Origin: a virus | Length of the DNA: 23,469 nt | UHGV virus genome: UHGV-0341897 | Direction: 5' to 3' (one strand) | Shown here: piece after piece, positions 15,760 through 23,469 of the stretch | Position numbering within the stretch: the first letter of the stretch is position 1 | How the letters are laid out: each line of letters begins with the position of its first letter | Translations under genes and position numbers: made by a program | Notes under the pieces: model-generated | The model's input: only the letters and a program-made list of their open reading frames with translations | What the model was told of the DNA's origin: nothing | Databases searched by the model: none

Positions 15760-17286
15760 ATGAAAAAAGCCATAGCATATATGCGATTTTCATCACCAGG
15801 TCAGATGTCTGGTGATTCATTAAACCGCCAGAGAAGGCTTATTACTGAATGGCTAAAGGTAAATAGTGATTATTACCTTGATACCGTAACGTATGAAGAT
15901 TTGGGGTTAAGCGCATTCAATGGAAAGCATGCACAATCAGGAGCTTTTTCGGAATTTTTAGATGCTATAGAACATGGTTACATATTGCCAGGGACTACAT
16001 TGTTAGTTGAAAGTCTGGACAGACTTTCAAGAGAAAAAGTCGGTGAAGCGATTGAGCGTCTGAAATTGATTTTGAATCACGGTATTGATGTTATAACTCT
16101 TTGCGATAATACAGTCTATAATATAGACTCATTGAATGAGCCATATTCATTAATAAAAGCCATACTTATAGCACAAAGGGCAAATGAAGAAAGCGAGATA
16201 AAGTCAAGTCGGGTTAAATTATCATGGAAGAAAAAACGGCAGGATGCACTGGAATCAGGCACGATTATGACGGCGTCTTGTCCGAGATGGCTCTCATTGG
16301 ATGACAAAAGAACAGCTTTTATTCCAGACCCCGACAGGGTGAAAACGATTGAGCTAATTTTTAAACTCAGGATGGAAAGGCGATCATTGAATGCAATAGC
16401 TAAGTATTTAAATGATCATGCTGTAAAAAATTTTTCAGGAAAAGAAAGTGCATGGGGGCCTTCTGTAATTGAAAAATTATTAGCGAATAAAGCTCTGATA
16501 GGTATATGCGTACCTTCATATCGTGCAAGAGGGAAAGGGATAAGTGAAATCGCTGGCTATTATCCCAGAGTCATATCAGATGATTTGTTTTACGCTGTAC
16601 AGGAAATTCGGTTGGCACCTTTTGGTATTAGCAATAGTAGCAAGAATCCTATGCTAATAAATCTACTTCGAACAGTTATGAAGTGTGAGGCTTGTGGTAA
16701 TACCATGATTGTTCATGCGGTATCTGGACGTTTGCATGGCTATTATGTTTGTCCGATGAGAAGATTACATCGATGTGACAGGCCATCAATAAAAAGAGAT
16801 TTGGTTGATTATAATATCATTAATGAATTGCTTTTTAATTGTAGCAAAATTCAACCAGTTGAAAACAAGAAAGATGCTAATGAAACTTTAGAGTTAAAAA
16901 TTATTGAGCTTCAGATGAAAATTAATAATTTAATCGTTGCATTGTCTGTCGCGCCTGAAGTTACCGCTATAGCAGAGAAAATAAGACTATTAGATAAGGA
17001 ATTACGAAGGGCTTCGGTATCATTAAAAACTTTGAAGAGTAAAGGGGTGAGTTCACTTGGTGATTTTCATGCTATTGATTTAACTAGTAAAAATGGGCGA
17101 GAGCTATGTCGTACACTTGCCTATAAAATATTCGAAAAAATTATAATTAATACAGATAATAAAACCTGTGATATCTATTTTATGAATGGCATTGTTTTTA
17201 AACACTATCCTTTAATGAAAGTAATATCCGCCCAGCAGGCGATAAGCACTCTTAAATATATGGTTGATGGTGAGATTTATTTTTGA
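15760..17286 (+). CDS. ybcK: Large serine recombinase (resolvase/invertase-type catalytic domain; YbcK-like)
   Basis: 508-aa ORF with the N-terminal serine-recombinase motif AYMRFSSPGQ and a cysteine cluster (C-E-A-C ... C-P-M ... C-D) typical of the zinc-ribbon region. Flanked by AT-rich non-coding DNA. Confidence 0.85.
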   Translation: MKKAIAYMRFSSPGQMSGDSLNRQRRLITEWLKVNSDYYLDTVTYEDLGLSAFNGKHAQSGAFSEFLDAIEHGYILPGTTLLVESLDRLSREKVGEAIERLKLILNHGIDVITLCDNTVYNIDSLNEPYSLIKAILIAQRANEESEIKSSRVKLSWKKKRQDALESGTIMTASCPRWLSLDDKRTAFIPDPDRVKTIELIFKLRMERRSLNAIAKYLNDHAVKNFSGKESAWGPSVIEKLLANKALIGICVPSYRARGKGISEIAGYYPRVISDDLFYAVQEIRLAPFGISNSSKNPMLINLLRTVMKCEACGNTMIVHAVSGRLHGYYVCPMRRLHRCDRPSIKRDLVDYNIINELLFNCSKIQPVENKKDANETLELKIIELQMKINNLIVALSVAPEVTAIAEKIRLLDKELRRASVSLKTLKSKGVSSLGDFHAIDLTSKNGRELCRTLAYKIFEKIIINTDNKTCDIYFMNGIVFKHYPLMKVISAQQAISTLKYMVDGEIYF

Positions 17287-17610
17287 GTAATAATCACTTT
17301 TTCAACCGTGCTATGGTATGAAAGTAAAGTAACTACTATGATATTAACTATCTTGAACGAAGCGCCCTGAGCTATAGTTTTACTATAGGCACTGCCACTG
17401 GATGTTGGCATTCTCGCTCTAGTAGCTCAACAATACCCAATCACAAAACAATTCACTGATAACAAACTTTGTGCACGTGCTTAGTTATGGCGAACAGGTG
17501 ATGTTAACCTCCTGCCAGAATGCCACTCCACTTCATTAAGTATCTGAGCACCGAGAGGCTGGTCACGCCCCCATTAAAAATAATTTCTTTTGAATCGAGT
17601 GAAATAGGTT

Positions 17611-17638
17611 AGCCCGCATAAGTGCGGGCTGCTTTTTA
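17611..17638 (+). terminator. Rho-independent terminator (plus-strand sense) abutting the esterase stop codon
   Basis: Stem AGCCCGCA-taag-TGCGGGCT followed by GCTTTTTAC. Confidence 0.45.
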
Positions 17639-18679
17639 CAGGTCAGCGTTTGTTTTTTGTTGTTGGGTAGCGGTTTTTATGGGGGTTCCCAGGTTTTTAG
17701 TAAACCACTCAACAACTCTGTTTATAATAATTGGCTGATACCATGTATTATCACCATGCTCAGCCCCTTCTACCAGAACGTACTCAGCGTTATCGCCGTT
17801 CTTCTTCAACATCCTGAATAGTTTGGCGCTTTGCTCAGGTGAAACCAGAGTGTCTTTGCTACCATGCATAATAAGAAATGGGGGTTTTACTCCTTTCATA
17901 TGTCCGATTGGACTGGCGTTTAGCGCTTTTTCTTTTGACGCTGTGATGGGGGCTCCCGCAAAATTTCTGAATGCAGGGCCATTGATCATTAAGGCTTCGG
18001 TTACGGCAGGAGAGCGATGAACCTCCTGCACTGATTCAGGGAACCCCTCGCCAATATTCAACAAGTCAGAAATCCCATAAAGTGTGGCAACTGCCTGAAC
18101 ATCTGAGGATTGCTGAAGAAAGTCACCTTTATCAAAGGTTTTGTCACCATTTGTAGTTCCCATCATCTGAGCAAGCCATCCACCGGCAGAGTCACCCAGA
18201 ACTCCGATTCTTTGAGGATCAATCCCATAATTGCTGGCATGCTCTCTCAGGTAACGTATTGCAGCTTTTCCATCCTCAACTGGTGCTGGAAATGTATCAG
18301 GAATTGTTCTGTATTCTACAGCGGCCACAACAAAACCAGCTTCTGCCAGAGCCATTCTCATTTCAATAAATTTGTCATGTTCAGAAGACATGAATCCGCC
18401 GCCGGGATAATAAATAATGGCTGGTTTTAAATCATTTGTTCGCGGGACAAGAACTGACATGTGAAGCTGTCTGACAGAACGAGTTCCTTTTATCTGGGAA
18501 TAAACAACATCACCAATGAGATCGACCTGGTTTCTGGTCGGTGAAACACTAATGATATCTGCACCCGGGGTGTAACCAGGAAGATTAGTCTGGACAGGTG
18601 TTGCACAACTCCCGACCGACATGGCCATTGACATACCATACAATAGTGTTGCAGATGATAATATCTTGTTAATTTTCAT
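17636..18679 (-). CDS. Secreted alpha/beta-hydrolase esterase/lipase (Aes/HSL family), probable lipoprotein
   Basis: 347-aa ORF with a signal peptide ending in the lipobox-like SVGSC, the oxyanion motif YYPGGGF, and the catalytic-serine motif GDSAGG. Confidence 0.8.
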   Translation of the reverse strand: MKINKILSSATLLYGMSMAMSVGSCATPVQTNLPGYTPGADIISVSPTRNQVDLIGDVVYSQIKGTRSVRQLHMSVLVPRTNDLKPAIIYYPGGGFMSSEHDKFIEMRMALAEAGFVVAAVEYRTIPDTFPAPVEDGKAAIRYLREHASNYGIDPQRIGVLGDSAGGWLAQMMGTTNGDKTFDKGDFLQQSSDVQAVATLYGISDLLNIGEGFPESVQEVHRSPAVTEALMINGPAFRNFAGAPITASKEKALNASPIGHMKGVKPPFLIMHGSKDTLVSPEQSAKLFRMLKKNGDNAEYVLVEGAEHGDNTWYQPIIINRVVEWFTKNLGTPIKTATQQQKTNADL

Positions 18680-19126
18680 GTTTTACATGCCTTGACTTAT
18701 CGGATGAAATTCTCTTACTGAATTTAACGGCAGTTTAATAGCCGTACAACTCGTGGTAGCCAGGGAAATATCCCAGTCGTGGTTAAGGTTGTACTTGACG
18801 GCTATTATTTCAACAATGCTTAAAGTGAGAGCTTAAGGTTATGCGTATGTTTTACAGTCCGAGTAGATTCTGACCAATAGCTTCTTTGTATAATTCTGTC
18901 AGAAATAAATCTTGGCTTGCATGAAGTTTGAGACCTTATCTTGTTTGATTATGAATAATCAATTCGCCATAATTGTATCACCGGAGCCTGAACAACTCCG
19001 GTGACTTCTGCGCTAAACGGGGACGTTTATGCGCACACACAATCCAAACTCTCTTCTCCCTTCACAGATGCAGAAATGCACCTGCGTTTTTTTGCATCCA
19101 GCGTCTGACCTCTGTGGAGGTGAAGC

Positions 19127-19582
19127 GTGAACCTACCACAAGATGGCATCAAACTGCATCGCGGTAACTTCATCGCTATCGGCCAGCAGATCCAGCCTTA
19201 TCTGGAGAACGGAAAATGCTTTCGCATGGTGCTTAAACCGTGGCGTGAGAAACGCAGTCTTTCCCAGAATGCACTCAGCCACATGTGGTACAGCGAAATC
19301 AGTGAATACCTCATCAGCAGGGGGAAATCGTTCGCTACCGCAGCATGGGTAAAAGATGCTCTCAAACACACATACCTCGGTTATGAAACCAAGGACCTGG
19401 TTGATGTCGTAACCGGCGAAATCACTACTATCCAGTCGTTACGCCATACCTCCGATCTCGATACCGGAGAGATGTATGTCTTCCTGTGTAAGGTTGAAGC
19501 CTGGGCGGTGAATATTGGCTGCCACCTGACTATTCCGCAGAGCTGCGAGTTCCAGCTGCTGCGCGACAAGCCGGAGGCGTAA
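19127..19582 (+). CDS. ybcN: NinB/YbcN-family protein
   Basis: 151-aa ORF at the start of the nin-type region, matching DLP12 YbcN from memory. Its stop overlaps the ninE start (TAATG). Confidence 0.85.
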   Translation: MNLPQDGIKLHRGNFIAIGQQIQPYLENGKCFRMVLKPWREKRSLSQNALSHMWYSEISEYLISRGKSFATAAWVKDALKHTYLGYETKDLVDVVTGEITTIQSLRHTSDLDTGEMYVFLCKVEAWAVNIGCHLTIPQSCEFQLLRDKPEA

Positions 19583-19752
19583 TGGCTACACCGCTTATTC
19601 GTGTCATGAACGGACACATCTACAGAGTACCAAATCGTCGTAAGCGTAAGCCTGAGCTGAAACCATCCGAAATACCAACACTGCTCGGATATACCGCCAG
19701 CCTGGTTGATAAAAAATGGTTGCGACTGGCAGCAAGGAGGAATCATGGCTGA
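19582..19752 (+). CDS. ninE: NinE-like small protein
   Basis: 56-aa [59 protein letters not shown], found by manual translation (below the ORF track's size cut-off). Overlaps ybcO. Confidence 0.75.
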   Translation: MATPLIRVMNGHIYRVPNRRKRKPELKPSEIPTLLGYTASLVDKKWLRLAARRNHG

Positions 19753-20035
19753 TTTGAGAAAAGCAGCACGTGGTCGGGAATGCCAGGTAAGAATCCCTGG
19801 CGTATGTAATGGCAATCCTGAAACGTCAGTACTGGCACATATCCGGCTGGCTGGATTGTGCGGCACCGGTATTAAACCGCCAGACCTTATTGCCACCATT
19901 GCATGTTCTGACTGTCACGACGAGATCGACCGTCGCACGCATTTTGTTGACGCTGGATATGCAAAAGAATGCGCGCTGGAAGGTATGGCGAGAACGCAGG
20001 TTATCTGGCTGAAAGAGGGGGTAATTAAGGCGTGA
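19745..20035 (+). CDS. ybcO: YbcO-family putative nuclease (DUF1364)
   Basis: 96-aa product from Met14 of the ORF track entry ([34 protein letters not shown]...) with cysteine and histidine clusters. Immediately upstream of rusA. Confidence 0.8.
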   Translation: MADLRKAARGRECQVRIPGVCNGNPETSVLAHIRLAGLCGTGIKPPDLIATIACSDCHDEIDRRTHFVDAGYAKECALEGMARTQVIWLKEGVIKA

Positions 20036-20394
20036 ATACTTACCATATCACACTACCCTGGCCGCCGAGCAATAATCGCTATTACCGCCATAATCGTGGG
20101 CGCACGCACGTCAGCGCAGAGGGGCAAGCATACCGCGATAATGTCGCCCGAATCATTAAAAACGCAATGCTGGATATCGGCCTGGCTATTCCTGTGAAAA
20201 TCAGCATTGAGTGCCACATGCCGGATCGCCGTCGCCGTGACCTTGATAATCTGCAAAAGGCCGCTTTTGACGCACTCACCAAAGCAGGTTTCTGGCTGGA
20301 TGATGCTCAGGTCGTTGATTACCGCGTTGTGAAGATGCCCGTTACCAAAGGTGGGAAGCTGGAGCTGACCATCACCGAAATGGGGAATGAATGA
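20032..20394 (+). CDS. rusA: RusA Holliday-junction resolvase
   Basis: 120-aa [47 protein letters not shown]..., near-identical to E. coli RusA as recalled. Confidence 0.97.
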   Translation: MNTYHITLPWPPSNNRYYRHNRGRTHVSAEGQAYRDNVARIIKNAMLDIGLAIPVKISIECHMPDRRRRDLDNLQKAAFDALTKAGFWLDDAQVVDYRVVKMPVTKGGKLELTITEMGNE

Positions 20395-20531
20395 TATTTG
20401 AGTTTTATATGGCAGAACGTCTTCGCCACCGCTGGATGCGCCTGCGCTTATATCGTTTTCCTGGTTCTGTTTTGGCCGATTACCGGATACTGAAGAATTA
20501 CGCCAAAACACTGAAAGGAGCATGTGTATGA
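20391..20531 (+). CDS. ylcG: YlcG-like small protein
   Basis: 46-aa [49 protein letters not shown], found by manual translation. Its ATG overlaps the rusA stop (ATGA). Confidence 0.65.
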   Translation: MIFEFYMAERLRHRWMRLRLYRFPGSVLADYRILKNYAKTLKGACV

Positions 20532-20616
20532 AGTCAGAGATAACAATCGACTAATACTGTTTTGTTGATTTTTGCTTGTAATTGGCGTTCTGGCCTAATT
20601 TTTGTGGAGTAAGTTG

Positions 20617-21000
20617 ATGCGTGATGTTCAGATGGTTCTTGAGCGTTGGGGGGCGTGGGCAGCTAATAATCATGAAGATGTGACCTGGTCGTCCATTGCT
20701 GCCGGTTTTAAGGGATTAATTCCTTCAAAAGTAAAATCTCGCCCGCAATGTTGTGACGATGACGCGATGATCATTTGCGGGTGCATGGCCCGTCTGAAAA
20801 AGAACAACAGCGATTTACACGATTTATTAGTAGATTATTATGTATGTGGTATGACATTCATGTCACTGGCAAGTAAGCATTGCTGCTCGGATGGTTATAT
20901 CGGGAAAAGGTTACAGAAGGCTGAGGGCATAATTGAAGGGATGTTAATGGCATTAGATATCCGGTTAGATATGGATATCGTTGCTAATAATTCTAATTGA
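20617..21000 (+). CDS. quuD: Late-gene antiterminator Q (QuuD-like)
   Basis: 127-aa product from the ATG for [24 protein letters not shown]...; the ORF track starts at an upstream TTG. Matches DLP12 QuuD from memory. Confidence 0.9.
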   Translation: MRDVQMVLERWGAWAANNHEDVTWSSIAAGFKGLIPSKVKSRPQCCDDDAMIICGCMARLKKNNSDLHDLLVDYYVCGMTFMSLASKHCCSDGYIGKRLQKAEGIIEGMLMALDIRLDMDIVANNSN

Positions 21001-21022
21001 TATGCAATTGTTTACTAAAAGT

Positions 21023-21050
21023 TATTAAAAATGGGGCGTGGAAACGCCCC
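21023..21050 (-). terminator. Hairpin with T-run on the minus strand (possible nmpC-side terminator)
   Basis: Stem GGGGCGT-ttcc-ACGCCCC followed on the minus strand by ATTTTTAAT. Confidence 0.35.
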
Positions 21051-21136
21051 CAAAATAAAGGGTAATATATAACAGAAGGTTTATATAGTAAGAAGCAAGG
21101 TAGTGCTTCTAAAGGAAGTGGCTTGAGGGCTCCACT

Positions 21137-21177
21137 TATATGTTGCGGAGGCAAAGCCTCCCGCAACATATCTTTTT
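21137..21177 (+). terminator. Strong Rho-independent terminator downstream of Q (tR'-like candidate)
   Basis: Stem of about 15 bp, ATATGTTGCGGAGGC-aaa-GCCTCCCGCAACATAT, followed by CTTTTT. Confidence 0.6.
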
Positions 21178-21188
21178 CGTAAGTCAGA

Positions 21189-22271
21189 TTAGAACTGATA
21201 AACCAGACCTACAGCGACGATGTCGTCGGTATCAATACCAGCTGTTTTGGTAAACTTACTATCGTCAATTAAGTTGATTTTGTAATCAACAAAAGTGGAC
21301 ATGTTTTTATTAAAGTAGTAAGTAGCACCGACATCGACATACTTGACTAAGTCTCGGTCACCATGAACACCAAGGTCTTTACCTTTTGACTGAAGGTAAG
21401 CAACAGATGGGCGCAGACCGAAGTCAAACTGATATTGTGCTACTGCTTCAAAGTTTTGTGCTTTGTTTGCAATATGGTTATTACCAAAAACGGTCATATT
21501 CTGAGTTTCAGAATATGTGGTAGCCAGATAGATATTGTTCGCATCATATTTCAGGCCTGCAGCCCATACTTCCGCATTTTTGCCGGAGGCATTGAATTTG
21601 CTCTTACCATAGGCGACCTGACCGTCAGTGCGATCTGATTTAGCATAGGTTGCACCCACGCCGAATCCTTCATACTCATAAGTAGTGGAGAAACCGAAAC
21701 CATCACCATTGGCTTCAGTTACGTCAGTGCGGTCATTTTTACCCTGATACTGAGCAGCAAAGTTCAGGCCATCGACCAGACCAAAGAAGTCGTTGTTACG
21801 ATAAGTTGCAACACCAGTAGTGCGACCAGTCATGAACACATCTGTTTGGGTCCAGGTATCACCACCGAATTCTGGCAGAACGTCAGTCCACGCACCGATG
21901 TCGTATGCTACACCGTAGTTACGGCCGTAATCGATTGAGCCGTAATCACCAAATTTCAGGCCTGCAAATGCAAGACGGGTTTTGTCTTTGGAAGAACCTT
22001 GAGATTCAGCACGGTTGCCTTTGAATTCATATTCCCACTGACCGAAACCAGTCAGTTGATCGTTGATTTGGGTTTCACCTTTGAAGCCAAGACGGGCATA
22101 AGTAGTATCACCATCATCTGCATCATTAGAGGAGAAGTAGTGCTTGGCATTAACTTTCCCGTATAGATCCAGCTTGTTACTGTCTTTATTATAAATTTCA
22201 GCTGCCTGAGCAGACATCGCCATCAGTACTGATGCAGCTACAGCAGAAATTGCCACTGTTAATTTTTTCAT
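21189..22271 (-). CDS. nmpC: Outer-membrane general porin (NmpC/OmpD, OmpC family), intact
   Basis: 360-aa product from the internal Met ([23 protein letters not shown] signal peptide, then AEIYNKD...). Ends ...VGLVYQF with the beta-barrel C-terminal Phe. Not interrupted by any insertion sequence. Confidence 0.9.
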   Translation of the reverse strand: MKKLTVAISAVAASVLMAMSAQAAEIYNKDSNKLDLYGKVNAKHYFSSNDADDGDTTYARLGFKGETQINDQLTGFGQWEYEFKGNRAESQGSSKDKTRLAFAGLKFGDYGSIDYGRNYGVAYDIGAWTDVLPEFGGDTWTQTDVFMTGRTTGVATYRNNDFFGLVDGLNFAAQYQGKNDRTDVTEANGDGFGFSTTYEYEGFGVGATYAKSDRTDGQVAYGKSKFNASGKNAEVWAAGLKYDANNIYLATTYSETQNMTVFGNNHIANKAQNFEAVAQYQFDFGLRPSVAYLQSKGKDLGVHGDRDLVKYVDVGATYYFNKNMSTFVDYKINLIDDSKFTKTAGIDTDDIVAVGLVYQF

Positions 22272-22697
22272 TGTACGCCCTTTTTTTGAACTATTATTAA
22301 AAAATGATGTCACTGCGCGATAAATATTCATCTAATCAATGTGATTATTTCAAGATGTAAGTTTTAGTTTCTCATTTAATTTGTGAAGTAGATCTCTATT
22401 TTTATCTGAACCTTTTCTATCTAATCCTATTCATGGCTCTTGTTTGAACGAAAATAAATCTATTAGCTAATTTATATTAATGGCACTTATTTATAAGCGC
22501 TCTATAATTCTTTAGCTTAATTTAAACAAACTAAAAATAACATCGGAAATTATTCATTGGTTATTTGTTGAAGTTTTCTTATGTATTTGTGGTGGTGTTT
22601 TGAACACTCGGTGGCATTCTCACAAATATCATTTAGTAGTTTACGTACGTAAAAAATTGGTTATGCTGTTAAGAGTGGTTACTTCGTCACACAGCTT

Positions 22698-22730
22698 AAA
22701 CCCGCCGTCGAGCGGGTTTTTCCATTTTTT
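22698..22730 (+). terminator. Rho-independent terminator upstream of the holin gene
   Basis: Stem AAACCCGC-cgtcga-GCGGGTTT followed by TTCCATTTTTT. Confidence 0.5.
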
Positions 22731-22859
22731 GAGTCTCGATATTAGCTGATAACCCAATACCTGAGTTATTCACTGACTCCGAATCTGTTACGTTTCTGCC
22801 TTTATTGCGATACGTAGTATCCCCTTAATTTACACCCGCTTTGTCTGCGAGGTGGGGTT

Positions 22860-23075
22860 ATGAAATCCATGGATAAGTTAACAACGGGTGTCGCCTATGG
22901 TACCTCAGCAGGTAGTGCCGGGTACTGGTTTTTACAGTTGCTCGATAAAGTCACGCCCTCACAGTGGGCGGCAATAGGTGTGCTGGGTAGTCTGGTATTT
23001 GGCTTGCTGACGTATCTGACAAACCTTTATTTCAAGATTAAAGAAGATAAGCGTAAGGCTGCGAGAGGTGAATAA
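22860..23075 (+). CDS. essD: Class II (phage 21 S-type) holin
   Basis: 71-aa [56 protein letters not shown]..., matching phage 21 S / DLP12 EssD from memory. Its stop overlaps the next ATG. Confidence 0.9.
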
Positions 23076-23469
23076 TGTCGCCATCATTACGCAAGGCTAT
23101 TGCTGCTGCTATTGGTGGTGGGGCTGTTGCCATAGCGTCTGTGCTCATCACTGGTCCGAGTGGTGACGATGGCCTGGAAGGTGTCAGCTACATACCATAC
23201 AAAGATATCGTTGGCGTATGGACTGTATGTCACGGACACACCGGAAAAGACATCATGCTCGGTAAAACGTATACCGAAGCAGAATGCAAAGCCCTCCTGA
23301 ATAAAGACCTTGCCACTGTCGCCAGACAAATTAACCCGTACATCAAAGTCGATATACCGGAAACAACGCGCGGCGCTCTTTACTCGTTCGTTTACAACGT
23401 GGGCGCTGGCAATTTCAGAACATCGACGCTTCTTCGCAAAATAAACCAGGGCGATATCAAAGGCGCATG
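23075..23469 (+). CDS. rrrD: SAR-type endolysin (phage 21 R / RrrD-like), 3' end truncated by the window
   Basis: Manual translation gives [61 protein letters not shown]..., with an N-terminal signal-anchor-release segment and lysozyme motifs. The ORF continues past 23469. Confidence 0.9.
   Translation, partial: MSPSLRKAIAAAIGGGAVAIASVLITGPSGDDGLEGVSYIPYKDIVGVWTVCHGHTGKDIMLGKTYTEAECKALLNKDLATVARQINPYIKVDIPETTRGALYSFVYNVGAGNFRTSTLLRKINQGDIKGA

Noticed and set aside
16116-20523. Antisense ORFs inside ybcK, the esterase and the nin genes (16116..16307, 17823..18020, 18110..18430, 18973..19167, 19133..19369, 19143..19352, 19381..19899, 19809..20012, 20053..20523, 20082..20282)
   Set aside because: All are embedded in or antisense to well-supported genes. 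Treated as shadow ORFs.
21435-23329. ORFs 21435..21638 (+) inside nmpC and 23087..23329 (-) inside rrrD
   Set aside because: Both are antisense to confidently identified genes.
1-23469. Insertion sequence or transposase
   Set aside because: No transposase-like ORF or terminal inverted-repeat pair was found. The porin gene is uninterrupted.

Overview
This window reads as a lambdoid phage or prophage segment from an Escherichia-type host, colinear with the vegetative lambda map. All calls come from reading the sequence and ORF translations against remembered protein families; no searches were run. In order: a side-tail-fibre cassette with two convergent stf/tfa pairs (e14 P-region-like) but no invertase; an AT-rich cargo stretch holding a YedK-type SRAP gene, a tRNA-Pro-like 3' fragment with its own terminator, and an orphan 322-aa HNH-like protein; a 165-bp icd 3'-end copy with terminator and tandem repeats next to a lambda-family integrase and excisionase; small early-left ORFs; near-lambda-identical exo, bet and gam; a pL region with no recognisable N, kil or cIII; an uncharacterised 287-aa gene directly downstream of a LexA-like cI repressor; cro and a CII-position gene; lambda-like O (with iterons), P and ren; emrE, a large serine recombinase (ybcK-like) and a lipoprotein esterase; the nin-region genes ybcN, ninE, ybcO, rusA and ylcG; quuD; an intact nmpC-type porin; and the essD holin with the start of rrrD endolysin. 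The best candidates for an undescribed function are the orphan HNH-like gene and the 287-aa gene at the rexAB-equivalent position. Tail-fibre and b-region-like DNA runs straight into the att/int junction, which suggests an unintegrated genome, a tandem lysogen, or a second icd-targeting phage inserted beside an e14-like element. Coordinates for non-CDS features are hand-counted and may be off by a base or two.
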